Source: an uncultured Planctomycetota bacterium (GTDB lineage: Bacteria > Planctomycetota > Planctomycetia > Isosphaerales > Isosphaeraceae). From it: DNA of 64,000 bases. Shown here piece by piece: positions 53,091 to 64,000 of the stretch (position 1 is the first letter of the stretch; every line of letters starts with the position of its first letter). Position numbers and translations under genes: made by a program. The notes below the pieces were generated by a model. It worked only from the letters and a program-made list of their open reading frames with translations, ran no database searches and had not been told where the DNA came from. The stretch lies in NCBI GenBank assembly GCA_963823665.1, contig CAWGMQ010000004.1:288001-352000 (forward strand). Reading direction: 5' to 3'.

Positions 53091-54589
53091 ATGATGATCC
53101 GCATTCATTATTGTATTGCATGGCTAGAAAACCTCTGGCCCGGGCCAGTTCGACGGGTGGCACTTTGCGCGGCGCTTTACTCAGTGCCGCTGATCGCCAT
53201 AACCGAGCGGTGCTGGACCCTGATATCTGGTGGCACTTGCGGACGGGGCAGTGGATCGTCGAACACACGCGAGTGCCAGCCACCGATCCATTCTCAACAT
53301 TCGGGGGCGGGCGACAGTGGGCGGCCTTTAGCTGGCTGTTCGAGATCGTCGCCTACGGCTTGTTTCGTGCGCTGGGGCTAATGGGAATCTGGCTCTTTCG
53401 CGCCGGCATGATCTGCGCTGTCGCCATCGCCCTTCACCGGCTGATCGTCAAACGCGAGCCGACGTTTGTCTGGGCGATCGGTCTTCTGGCGTTGGCGTTA
53501 GTGGCACTGTTACCAATCGGGTCGGAACGACCCTGGCACTTCACGATCCTCTTCAGCATCGCGACCCTTGCCGCAATCGAAGAGATCCGTCAGGCGCGGA
53601 GACCGTGGTGGTTGTGGCTGCTGCCGCTCGCCTTCGCGCTCTGGGCGAACCTTCATATTCAGTTCGTCCTCGGCCTGGCTTTCCTTGGCCTCGCGGCGCT
53701 CTTTGGGCTGATCGACGACTGTATCGTGAAGGCCCCCATGAAACGCCGGCTGACTTCGGGCACGCTCTGTCTGGTAACCCTGTTCTTCGCCTGTCTGCTG
53801 GCCACCGGCATCAATCCGATCGGATACGGTGTATACCGAGTTGTTCACGAATACGCGAGCCATTCGTCCGTCTTCAACACCATCCAGGAACATCGCGCAC
53901 CTGAATTCCGCGCCCTGAGCGATTGGTGCCTGGTCCTTCTCGCGGGGTTGGCGGCGTTCGCGATAGGAAGGCAGTCATCTCGCGATAACTATCTCATCGC
54001 GCTGCTTGCGGTCGCGACTTTTCTTGCGTTTCGCTCTGACCGCGACGGATGGGTCCTGGTTCTCGCCGCCCTTCTGGTGCTGACGAGCCAGTCGCCGAGA
54101 TCGTATCCGCTTTCGGAGCGATTCGATTACACGCGACGGCGCATGCTCGCCGTGAGCGCAATTGTTGCAAGCTTGCTTTTGCTTCTGGCGTGCTGGAAAG
54201 ACTTTTCTCCGCGCGGTCTAGGTCAGGCCGTCGAACGGTCCTATCCAGCGGAAGCCGCAGCCTTTCTCGAGCGAAGCGTGACGCCGGGCGCGATCTACAA
54301 CCAGTTGAACTGGGGAGGCTACCTGATCTGGCGGTTGCCTGCCTATCCCGTGACGATTGACGGACGAACCAATCTCCACGGCGACGAGCGAATCGACCGC
54401 TCGGAAAAGACGTGGTCCGGCCGGAGTGACCCTTGCGCCGACCCGGAGTTCCTCACGGCACGAATCATCGTCGCCGATCGCACGACCGCGCTCGCGAAGA
54501 TCCTTCGAGTCGACCCGCGCTTCGAGCCGATTCATGAGGACCCGGTGGCCGTGATCTTCCGGCCTCGTGACACGAAACACGCTCCTTAG
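53091..54589 (+). CDS. Polytopic membrane protein, GT-C glycosyltransferase-like; probable frameshift near 53205
   Basis: DPDIWWHLRTGQWI, DPFS, SWLF, ERP, WANLH, INPIG, WGGYL, IDGR; many hydrophobic helices. Confidence 0.72.
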
Positions 54590-54732
54590 CGCAAAGATTG
54601 GCGACGCTGCGAACCCGACCTCCCGCCCATTTCGACGCAGACCCGAAGCCGCCTTGATCACCCATTCCGGGCGCGGCGGGGCCGACGCGTCACGGCGTCG
54701 AGCATAGCCCGAGCATTCGACGCGCTGTCATT

Positions 54733-57471
54733 TCAGCGATCTCTAGCTCGCGACCTGTCCTGCGTGTGTACACTGTGCGCTTTTGGCCGCAGCATCAACG
54801 TCGTACCAGGGCGTTTCGAAGCTTTGGCGTGATGAACGACCTTCGGATGCTTCGGCGGCGCCATGTAGATGTGGACGACATCATTTCTCGTAAGGCTGAA
54901 TGTGATCGGGTAGCCGCCCGGAGGAGTAACCATCGCCGTGATCGTATAAGTCCCCGCGGCAAGCGGCCCGACGGTGAGCGCCCATTGGCCGCTCGCGTTG
55001 GTGACCGCCTCGCCGAGCGACTGGACCGCGTCCACGCCCCGGTACGTTCCATACAGTTGGACGACGGCAAACGGCACGGCAGTACCGCTGAACGTCGGCT
55101 GGTTGGTCGCTGTGTATCCGATCGCAGCGTGAGGTCCATTCACGGCAACAGGATCGAGCCCGCCAGTGAAGTCGATGTTGGGGCTGGTCGTAGCGACGTT
55201 CGTTGCAACGATGGCCAGGCTGTTGAAAAATGTCGAATTACCGTTGTTGTCGTAAACCGAGATGGTCACGTTGAAGTTGCCTGCCGCCGGATAGAGATAG
55301 GCCCCCGAGACCAGGAAGAGGCCGGGCGTTGCGGATGAGGCCGTAACAATGCCGGTCGACGACTGACCGGCGCCCCAGTTGATCGACACGGTGAAGTCAG
55401 CGGCTGTGGCGCCCGAGTTCGTATCGAAAAACGAACCGACGATCACCGGGCTACTGGGCGGCGTGCCCGCTGTGAAGTTCACGGTCAGAGGAATGCCGCT
55501 GAGCACAGGCGCGGCGACGAAGGCGGTGCTGCTCACTGTGGCGGTCTGTCCACTCGGGTCTGTAATCGTGACCGTGACTGTATATTCGCCGGTTGCGCTA
55601 GCAATCAAATAAGTATGATTTCCGCTGACTGTGTAGAGATTGGACGGGTTGGGTCCGGTCACATGTCCAGGCGAAGAGGTTCCGTCACCCCAGTTGATCA
55701 CCACCGTGCTGTCCGCTGCATTGGCGTTCATATCAGTGAAAGTCGCGACAGTTGCACCTAGCGGTGCAGTCCCCACGGGTTGACCGACGGTGGCTGAGAA
55801 GTTCGTTCCCGATGCAGCCAAGGGACTGGCGATAAACGCGGTGCTGCCGACCTGGATCGACGCACCGTCCGGATCGCCGATGGTGACCGTCACATGGTAA
55901 GAACCCGTGGCGCTCGCACTCGCGTAGAGATGCGAGCCAGTGACCGTGTACACATCTGGTGGGCCGGCGGACTTCACTGTTCCGGTCGTGATCGGCTGAC
56001 CGTCACCCCAGTTGATCAGCGCCGTCAGGTTCGTGATAGTTGCGTTAGGATTCGTGTCGATAAAGTTGGCCACAACTGTATCCGTTGGTAGCAGAACCCC
56101 CGGCGTCGCAGGGAACGTAGTCCCTGTGCCCGTGAGGGTGGGAGCAGCGACAACCGCGGTACTCGCTACCGACGTCGACTGGTTATTGGCGGTGCTACTG
56201 ACCGCGATGCTCACCGGGTATGTTCCCGCGGTCGTATAGGTGTTTGTCCCATACACGTCCCATAACTCTGGGAAGCCAGCGCGCAGCTTGAGCATGCCCT
56301 GGGTCACGTTCCCATTTCCCCAGGTGATCGTCGCGCTGAGCGTGGCGGTGCTGTCCGCCGTGTTTGTGTCGAAAAATGACCCCACAATACCGCTGAATGG
56401 CTGATCCAGCGATGCATTGAATGTGGTTGGCAACGGCGTCAATACGGCCCCCGACACGTTCGCCGTACTCATGGTATAGGACATGCTATTGTGTTGATCA
56501 ATGAGAGTTACCGTCAGACTTTCGGTGCCGGGCGTAGCGTAAACGTGCGAGCCTGAGATCGAGAAGTCATTCACGGTCATCATGTCGACGGTTGACGTGC
56601 CCGTCAGGGTAATCGTGCCGACCGTGCTTGGGGAGCCATCGCCCCAGTCGATCGTGGCGCCGAAGTCGCTCGCTGTATCGCCTAGGTTGGCGTCCGTGAA
56701 CGTCGCGACCGTCACGTTGAATGAAGCGCCAGCGTTCGCGGTGAACTGTTGACCGGTCAAGCCGTAAGTCGACGTGGGACCAATCTTGGCGGTCCCGCTG
56801 GCGAATCCATCCAGACCATTGTTCGTGCTGATGACCGTGACGGTCGTGTCATACGTTCCCTGAGCGCCGTACGTATTGGTGCCATAGACTGTGAAGGCGC
56901 CGTTACCTCCCTGAATCAAGCCGATGGACGTGTTTCCATTGCCCCACGTGATGAGCGCCTGGAAATCGCTGGCGAGGTCGGCCGGATTCGGGTCGAGGAA
57001 GTTGGCGACGGCTACGCCAGTCAGGGCCGTGCCCGCGCTTCCTTTGATCGTGTTGGCGGCGATCGTCAGCTCCGGCGGGGCTGATGTGGTCACGGTCGCC
57101 AGGCCGCTCGCGATGGCGCTGTTACCGCTTTGATCGTTCACCGAAATCAGCGTCGAGAATGAACCCGTGTCGGCGTAAGCGTGCGAAGCATCGACATAGA
57201 AAACGCCGGGAGAAATCGGCCCGACCACGAGTCCAGCGCTTGTCACGCCATCGCCCCAGTTGACCTGAACGGATCCTGGTGGGTTGTTGAAGTCTGATGG
57301 CGAGGCCGAGTGATCGCTGTCCACCAGCGTGGCCACCACATTGCTGAACGGCACCTGCGCGGTTGCGTTGACGTTAATGGGGGACAGCACAAGCGTGAGC
57401 AAGCCGCGCTGCTCCAGTTGATCAAAAAGCCCGCGACATCGGCTTCGGTTTCTTCGCGAACTCATAACCAT
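54733..57471 (-). CDS. LEPR-XLL surface protein with ~7 PKD/Ig-like repeats and a basic tail
   Basis: FDQLEQRGLLT; repeated VAxFxD..A.I.WG(D/N)G..G.V....GxHxY...G.Y.V.V.I.D. Confidence 0.9.
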   Translation of the reverse strand: MVMSSRRNRSRCRGLFDQLEQRGLLTLVLSPINVNATAQVPFSNVVATLVDSDHSASPSDFNNPPGSVQVNWGDGVTSAGLVVGPISPGVFYVDASHAYADTGSFSTLISVNDQSGNSAIASGLATVTTSAPPELTIAANTIKGSAGTALTGVAVANFLDPNPADLASDFQALITWGNGNTSIGLIQGGNGAFTVYGTNTYGAQGTYDTTVTVISTNNGLDGFASGTAKIGPTSTYGLTGQQFTANAGASFNVTVATFTDANLGDTASDFGATIDWGDGSPSTVGTITLTGTSTVDMMTVNDFSISGSHVYATPGTESLTVTLIDQHNSMSYTMSTANVSGAVLTPLPTTFNASLDQPFSGIVGSFFDTNTADSTATLSATITWGNGNVTQGMLKLRAGFPELWDVYGTNTYTTAGTYPVSIAVSSTANNQSTSVASTAVVAAPTLTGTGTTFPATPGVLLPTDTVVANFIDTNPNATITNLTALINWGDGQPITTGTVKSAGPPDVYTVTGSHLYASASATGSYHVTVTIGDPDGASIQVGSTAFIASPLAASGTNFSATVGQPVGTAPLGATVATFTDMNANAADSTVVINWGDGTSSPGHVTGPNPSNLYTVSGNHTYLIASATGEYTVTVTITDPSGQTATVSSTAFVAAPVLSGIPLTVNFTAGTPPSSPVIVGSFFDTNSGATAADFTVSINWGAGQSSTGIVTASSATPGLFLVSGAYLYPAAGNFNVTISVYDNNGNSTFFNSLAIVATNVATTSPNIDFTGGLDPVAVNGPHAAIGYTATNQPTFSGTAVPFAVVQLYGTYRGVDAVQSLGEAVTNASGQWALTVGPLAAGTYTITAMVTPPGGYPITFSLTRNDVVHIYMAPPKHPKVVHHAKASKRPGTTLMLRPKAHSVHTQDRSRARDR

Positions 57472-57618
57472 AATATCCCTCGACTTACGACATCTGCCAT
57501 GGAGAGATTGGATCAGGCGCAGCGACCGCGGCGGAGTGATGGCCGGGGGTTTCCCCCCTTGGGCGGGCGGGACCGCTTGGTCACCCCGGCACTGGGCTGT
57601 AGCTCTGCGAATTCGAGA

Positions 57619-58224
57619 CTAGTAGTGAGAAACCTTCTGGATGTTGAAGGCCCCATTCTTGAGGATGCTCAGGCCATTGAGTATCGCAACCTGCGCGGTC
57701 TGAATGGCGCTGTCCTGGCTGAGTGTATAGAGCGATGCAGTCGGTGACGAAGTGCCGGGTTGCGGGATCGTTTCGAGTAATGACTTCGCAAGCGACCCCT
57801 TGGGGGATTCTCCTTGAGACCCGATGATCTTGGTCGAGACGAGTTGCTTGAGCGCGTAGGGCTGACCCGGTGCCTTCGCCGTGCCCTGCGGCGACTGGAT
57901 GAACACATTAATCAATTGTTGACCGAGTAGCGCCACACGCTGAGTTGTGTAAAGCGTGAACGCGTTGGTCGTCGCCGCGCTCGGGCTTGCCTGATTCTGG
58001 ATCGAGGCAAAATACGTCGCTCGGGCTTGATCGTAGTCGCTCTCGAACGAGCTGAACGCCTGATTAATCTCGGCGGAAAACGCCTGCTGCTCGCGGTTGA
58101 TCGCTTTCAGACGTGGCGACAGCCCGCTAACAACAACCGACAACCCCTGCGTCGTCCTGCTCAAGACGATGCGGTTCTCAAGCCGGTCGAGCGCCGACGG
58201 AACGAATCCATTTCGCCGTCTCAT
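57619..58224 (-). CDS. Small LEPR-XLL helical exported protein
   Basis: MRRRNGFVPSALDRLENRIVLS; Gln/Ser/Thr-rich helical body. Confidence 0.82.
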   Translation of the reverse strand: MRRRNGFVPSALDRLENRIVLSRTTQGLSVVVSGLSPRLKAINREQQAFSAEINQAFSSFESDYDQARATYFASIQNQASPSAATTNAFTLYTTQRVALLGQQLINVFIQSPQGTAKAPGQPYALKQLVSTKIIGSQGESPKGSLAKSLLETIPQPGTSSPTASLYTLSQDSAIQTAQVAILNGLSILKNGAFNIQKVSHY

Positions 58225-58751
58225 GTCCGAATCGCCTCCGTGTGATATCGAATCGCGTATCCGCGACTGGCGCGGGGAACCCTAACGCGACAATCAATGG
58301 CGCTCCGCGTCCCGATGACTCCATTCCTGAAAGCACTTTATCACACGGATGAGAGTATGCTGAAAAATTCCATACTTTGGTAAGTTGGCGAAAGATTGCA
58401 GTTCGCGACCTCCGGCGAACTCCGAGCGAGTGCATGCACGATGCCGTGCGTACCTCGCGAATTTCACCGTTCAGTTAAGCTGCGCAAAGCTTGCAACGCT
58501 TAGGGCAAGATTCTCGGTGCTCTGCTCGTCGAATTATCGATCGAAACCACAGAATCCGCACAATAGTGACGATCAATTCCGTTGAAGGCGCAGCGGGCGC
58601 ACGAGCGATCGAAAAGGCGCGGCATCAAAACAACGGGTGACGTGAGTGTCACTTTCATGCTGCTCCGAGCGGCGACGAGGGCTTCGGCTACGCGCCGCTT
58701 CGGTCGTTGAAACACATAAACGGATGAAACGGTTCGCAGGGGGCGACTGGC

Positions 58752-59294
58752 ATGCAGTACGAGTTGACGCAAGCCGGCAAAACCTCGCCAGACGCGCCGA
58801 GCTTGCCCCATCTCTTGAAGCTGGTCTACGGCGTGCTCAGCAAAGCCCCGGGACCGCTCAGTGAGCAAGATGTCTCCGCGCAGCTCGGCGGCGATCACAG
58901 CAATGCTTTCAGCGTCGATAACGTGCAGAAAGCGCTCCGACAGCTCCGGGACCTGAATTACGTCGACGAGTCCTCAACCGAACCCGCCGAGGAAACCGTT
59001 GCCGTGCTTTCAGCGACAGTTACTGTCGCATCCGAAACCGTGATGGTTGCCGGCACCGCAGCAGAAAGCGACGACCCATGCGGCGATGCGATCGTCAGGT
59101 TTCTGCAAAGGGAGAACAGATGTGTCCCCAAAGCTCAGATCGTCGCAAAATTCGCGAACGGCAAACCGCCGTGCTACGACGACGAGGGTGTCTTGGTCGC
59201 GCTTGACCGACTCACAACCGACGGGGACATTCGCCACTGCAATCAACAAAGAAACTGTTACACAGTCGGTGCGTGCCCAGAACCCCAAACATAA
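58752..59294 (+). CDS. Hypothetical protein, possibly tandem winged-helix with a Cys-rich second domain
   Basis: VYGVLSKAPGPLSEQDV..VQKALRQLRDLNYV and IVRFLQRENRCVPKAQIV..VLVALDRLTTDGDI. Confidence 0.6.
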   Translation: MQYELTQAGKTSPDAPSLPHLLKLVYGVLSKAPGPLSEQDVSAQLGGDHSNAFSVDNVQKALRQLRDLNYVDESSTEPAEETVAVLSATVTVASETVMVAGTAAESDDPCGDAIVRFLQRENRCVPKAQIVAKFANGKPPCYDDEGVLVALDRLTTDGDIRHCNQQRNCYTVGACPEPQT

Positions 59295-59477
59295 AGCATT
59301 TCTATGAATCACGATAACGACCAACAAGAAATCTATTAAAAGCACAAAGAGTGCCGAGAATGAAGTCGCTTTTGAAAGGTTGCTTTGTGAAGACAGCTCG
59401 CCGCGGACCGGAAGCGTTCCGTCAAACGTCCTCGGGCCGCGCCGTCGTGTACTCAAAGCCGGGCAAGGAGCGCAGGG

Positions 59478-62400
59478 ATGTCGACCCAACGCACGGTTTG
59501 CCTTTGGATCGTTCTCGTCGTCGCGACCCAGGCGACGACGAACGCTCATGCGCAGCTCATCACCGGCGGCGAAAGCCTGATCGAGAAGTACAATCCGTTC
59601 CGGCAAACTGATCTGTCAGAGCCGCTGACGGTGCTCGAGTTGAGTAAGCGGCTCGATTGCATCGGCGAGAAAATGCGAAACGACGGCCTCGTGGTCATCA
59701 AGCGACCCGACGTCTTCAGCCAGGCGAGGATGACGCACTTCCGCACCGATTTTGAAAACCAGATGATGAAGGACCTGGTGACCTTCCACCTGGTGCTTTC
59801 GGCAAGAATCAATCGCCTCGATGCGGCCACGACCACCCAATCGACAAGTCTCGCAGCCTCCCTTGCCGCGCCTGGAACGGCCAATGTCCACACGGGCGGC
59901 GCGGGTTCAGCAAGTAGTTCCCCGTCCGCATCAAGCGGGCTGCCGCCGGTTCCGACGCTGCCTTCCAATGGCATGGTGGCTCCCGGCACGTCGGCCACAC
60001 TCGACCCCAACAAGAACGCGTTCGCCAACGTGGGCGTCGATCTCAGCAATCCGCTGGCTTTGGTGAATTCTAGTACGGCCGCTGCGATGAATCTCGGTGT
60101 CGAACCGACGGTCTATCTCGACGAAAAGAAAAGGTTCCTCGACCATCTTAACCAGATCAGGCGCATCAACCACGGTCCTGACCAGAACGATTCCTCAGGC
60201 TATGGGCTGTATTTGTTGCGCATGCCCGTGTCGATCACGCCCGGAGAATGCACCTATCACGGTCACGGCGCTGAGCTCGCCGTGACCGTCGAGCATGAGT
60301 TCCCTCCAGACTTCCTGAAGTCGGCATTCCGCAACCTCGTCATTAACGACCTGGTCGACCAGCTCGGTCCGGTCGTGTATGAGGTGATTCGATCCGGCGT
60401 CCTTTTAAAGATGGAGGATCTTCATAAGCAGCAGCAACTGGCAAAAGAATTTCCGACGTTACTGGTGCGACAGAAGGCCGAGCTCCGCAACGAAATCGTT
60501 GCACAAACAATTGCATTCAAAGACCGAAAACCCCAAAGGCGCCGACTGTTTGTTTATCCGCTAGCTGATTTCATTCTTCACTATCCACCTACGGCCAAGC
60601 GCATGGACCGTTCAACGTTGGATGCGGTCGTGCAGCGTCTTGCCGTGCTTCTATGGGCGAGAGAGAAAACCGGCGGGGATGAAGACGCGCTCAAGGCCAC
60701 TCGTTCAGGCATGAAAGAAAGAACGACTCGATACTTGACCGGACAAAATCCCACTCCAGTCGACTACGAGCACATCGCAGATAACGTGGACGACATGCTG
60801 AGCAAGGTCGCAGCTAGCGGCGACAAAGACCAAGTTCTTGTGGACTTCTTGGATCAACTGTTCCAGACCAAGCAGCCCGATGAACTGGAATTGCTGCGAA
60901 AAATTTCCGGTCCGGTCGCGCGAGTGATGGAGGCAATGGATCAAACGCAAGAAGCCATCAAGCAAGCCGAGAACCTCGGGGCCAACCTTAGATTGAGCCT
61001 TCCGTCGACTCGCAATCCGAAAGTGCGGTACCCGGTTCCGCCTCAGGAAGTACTCAGTGTGTTCCTCGAGGAGAACATCTACGTGATCGCGGAAGATGTC
61101 AAGAAATCCTTGCTGACGAAGGTGCCACGGGCCACGGATGTGCGGAACTATCTCAGGCATTCGCTCTACGCCGCATTTGACGTGATGGATGGAAAGCCAA
61201 ACTCGCGCGGTGAAGCGTTGCTCAATGACATCTGGCTGTTGTCGTCGATCTGTGAAGCTGTCGCGAAGCGAGACTTTGGAAAGGGCGGGTCGCTGCGGAA
61301 AGCGTTCGAAGACTTCGTTCAAAGGCTCAAGACTGTCCAAACACGAATCAAAGACGAGAAGGAACAGACCACCTATCCAATCGTTGCTCTCTGCTGGGCG
61401 GTCGCCGTCGACGCGAGTTTGCTGGATGACGCACTACACGAGTGGATTCCCAAGGTGTTTGCGGCGAACGAGGTGGACCTCGCCGTGCCGGAGGAAATGC
61501 ACTTCTACGTTCAGGACGAGGCTCTCGCCAACGGCGCAAACACCGTCTTTCAGGAGTGGGTGAAGTATCGATGGCCGCTTATTACTTTTGCCGTCGACCC
61601 GGTCGCCGAGCAACAGAATATCGCCGACTCGTTCACGCTTCAGCGCGACCTTCAGCTCGCCCTCTCCTTTGCCTTTGCAACCGGCCAGATCAGTTTCAGC
61701 CAGATGAATACGTTTCGCCGTCAGATCCAGCAGTCGTCAGACACCATCGCCCTGAACCGCACGGTCACGGGTTTCACTCACGGCAACGACACGTTCGGAT
61801 TTCGCTTCACGCCTCGTTTTCAGAATCCGCCGCAGCAGCGGACGAACATAGGTGTCATCGCAAGTCAACTCATCGGTGGAGGCCCCGGACCAGACTATGG
61901 GACCAGGAAGAGCAAGCTCGAGCCCGGGATGCGGGAGCTTACGGTCACGGTCCTGGCTCCGTCGTTCATGCCGACATTGCGCATGCAGGTTCTCGAGCAA
62001 CTGGTTCAAGCTCACCGATCCGGAGCACCTGATTTTCCACACGAAACGCATGCTTGAGCGTGGCCGCGAAGTGCAAGAGCTGCGCCAGGCTGTCGTCGAC
62101 GAGTGCAGTAAAGCGCAGTACCGCGACGCCGACTTGCGTGTGCTCAGGGCCAAGCTGGCGCAGCTCGAGGCCATGCTGCCGGCCCAGTCGACCGTGGTTC
62201 AGCTTCCGTTCGAGAACAGCGCCAGCGGGTTCGAACTCTTTACCGACGGTGTCACGGCGCTCGTCCCCGAGTTGTCCGGCTACGACGGCGTCGACATCAT
62301 CACCAAGCCCACAACCGCGACAACCAATCCTCTGGCCGACATCTTCATTTATGGCAAATACATCGACTTGCTGGATACGAGAGTAATCGTCGGCGGTGCC

Positions 62401-63564
62401 TATGTTCCACCCATGGCCCAAGGCACGCCCGCCACTGGCGGATTCGAGATCATCAGCCGGGAAGTGGCCCACGTGATCATCCCGTCGACTGCCCAGCAAA
62501 CCGTTACAATTGACGACAAGACCTACCTCGAGGTCTATCTTGCCACGCCTAGCGGCATCAGTAACCGCGTGCTCGTCCCCTTCCAGCCCGCCGCGCCTCC
62601 GCCGCTCGTGGCGTTCGACCTGAACACGAGCGACGCCAACAGCACCGAGCTCGACATCTTCTATCAATGGCAAAACGACAATGGCACGCCCACTCTGGTC
62701 GCCACCGACGATCCGGGCACCGTGGACAAGAAGCCGCTCAAGATCACATGGGATGCCGGCACAGGAATGGCCCCGAAGACTCTCCAAGCGACATTCAGCA
62801 CCACGGCAGGTGGCTACTTGATCAACATCGCGCTTCCCGCGAATTCCGGGGCGAAGGACGATTACTCAGTAGACCGGCAAGTGCTGACAGTTTGCCTGCT
62901 CAAAGAGCTTCAAAAGGTGCTCCCTGCACAATCAATACTGCCCGATCCACTCACGGTCACGATCTCTGTCCAGCCCTACATGCCACTGGACTCGATGGGT
63001 TATCGAGTGATCTCGAAGGCGAAACAACTGAAAACGACACTCCCGGTCAGGCTAATCCCGAAGTCTGGGCACAACGCTCTTCCAACCGTCGTTTGTCCGC
63101 CGCCGCCGCCGCCGCCAGCCCCGACCCCAAAGGCAGATGGAACGACCCTCCGATCTGTGACGCCAACCGGCGACGCAATTCTTCAGACAAGCCTGAGCGG
63201 CGCCAGCCAAATCCCTCAGTTGAGCGGGCAGGGAATCGCCCGTGAGCTGTCTCAAGTGCCCAATTTCTCCTCCCTCTCTTCCTTGGCCCAAGGCGCAATC
63301 CCTCCGCTGCCCACGAGCTTGATCACTTCAGAAATTGCCGCAGCGTCCAGGTTCGCTTCGATTGCCCCTACCAACGTCATTCCGGCCCAGCTTCAAACGT
63401 TGGTACCTGCGTTGCCCACTGTGCCCCCAATCGTTGTTCACTCATCACCGGTCACGGTCGTCGCACCGTCCACGGTCCTTCAGCCGAAGGCGCAATCCAT
63501 CTTGTCTCGGCTCTTACACCGAGATCGCAACGACCGGTCTTCAAGGGGAGCATCCCAGCGTTGA
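59478..63564 (+). CDS. Large secreted hypothetical protein (~1360 aa) with a possible IPT/TIG-like domain and Pro-rich tail; frameshift near 61995
   Basis: Signal peptide ending AHA-Q; two long overlapping ORFs (59478-62057 and 61852-63564) join at MQV/SSNWFKL. Confidence 0.8.
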
Positions 63565-63698
63565 CGGGCCTCGTGGCACTCAAGCCGCGAATTCCGAAAC
63601 ACGCATCGCCCCCTGCAATGCAGCCAGAGGGGATGCGGCAATGCGCATCGACTCACGCACGGCTCGAAGCGCTTACGCGACGTTGAGCCTGGCCGCAA

Positions 63699-64000
63699 TC
63701 ACTGTTTCTTCGGGGCCGGTTGAGCGGCTTTTTCTGGGGGCTTCGCCGAATCTTCCGCCGGTGGATTCGCGGGGTCTTCCTTTTTTACGGTCACTTTCGG
63801 TTGTGCTTGCTGCGCATCGGCGGGCGCGGGATCGGGCGCGGCAAACGGTGCAATCTTGCTCGTCGTAGCCTTCTTGAGGGAGAACGGTACTGGTTTGATC
63901 GCAATTTCCTGGGCGGCGAAGAAAGGAACGGCTCCAACCGCCGTTGGAATTGACGGCGTCACCTTGATCGTCGCTTCTCCCCCCTTTGGCACAGGGTGAC
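63699..64000 (-). CDS. C-terminal part of a CDS entering from the right edge
   Basis: Open frame to stop 63699 with a Pro/Ala/Lys low-complexity tail. Confidence 0.6.
   Translation of the reverse strand, partial: HPVPKGGEATIKVTPSIPTAVGAVPFFAAQEIAIKPVPFSLKKATTSKIAPFAAPDPAPADAQQAQPKVTVKKEDPANPPAEDSAKPPEKAAQPAPKKQ

Overview
High-GC bacterial DNA, almost certainly from a planctomycete and resembling Isosphaeraceae. This is inferred from five LEPR-XLL surface proteins, DUF1559, DUF4058, a TIGR02999-type ECF sigma factor, three ECF sigma factors with long C-terminal extensions, and Hanks-type Ser/Thr kinases. Layout: 1-14.3 kb holds two paralogous kinases, two LEPR-XLL proteins, DUF1559 and an ECF sigma. 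This part carries three copies of a leader motif, two of them attached to orphan 3' ends of an ECF gene and to REP-like arrays. 14.5-26 kb holds three extended ECF sigma factors, DUF423, folC and a repeat-rich spacer. 26-32.5 kb holds a tannase, a SASA esterase and DUF4058 genes or relics. 32.6-49.6 kb is a TetR-controlled oxidoreductase and RND-efflux region in which a two-gene PIN module sits inverted between the RND adaptor and permease genes, and several genes are internally deleted or chimeric. 49.7-58.2 kb holds three LEPR-XLL proteins (PGRS-like, PKD-like, small) around a GT-C-like membrane protein. 58.7-64 kb holds uncharacterised genes. About 15 single-base frameshifts in otherwise intact genes probably reflect sequencing or assembly indels. 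No rRNA, tRNA, CRISPR array, integrase or transposase was seen. All calls come from reading motifs by eye; no searches were run.
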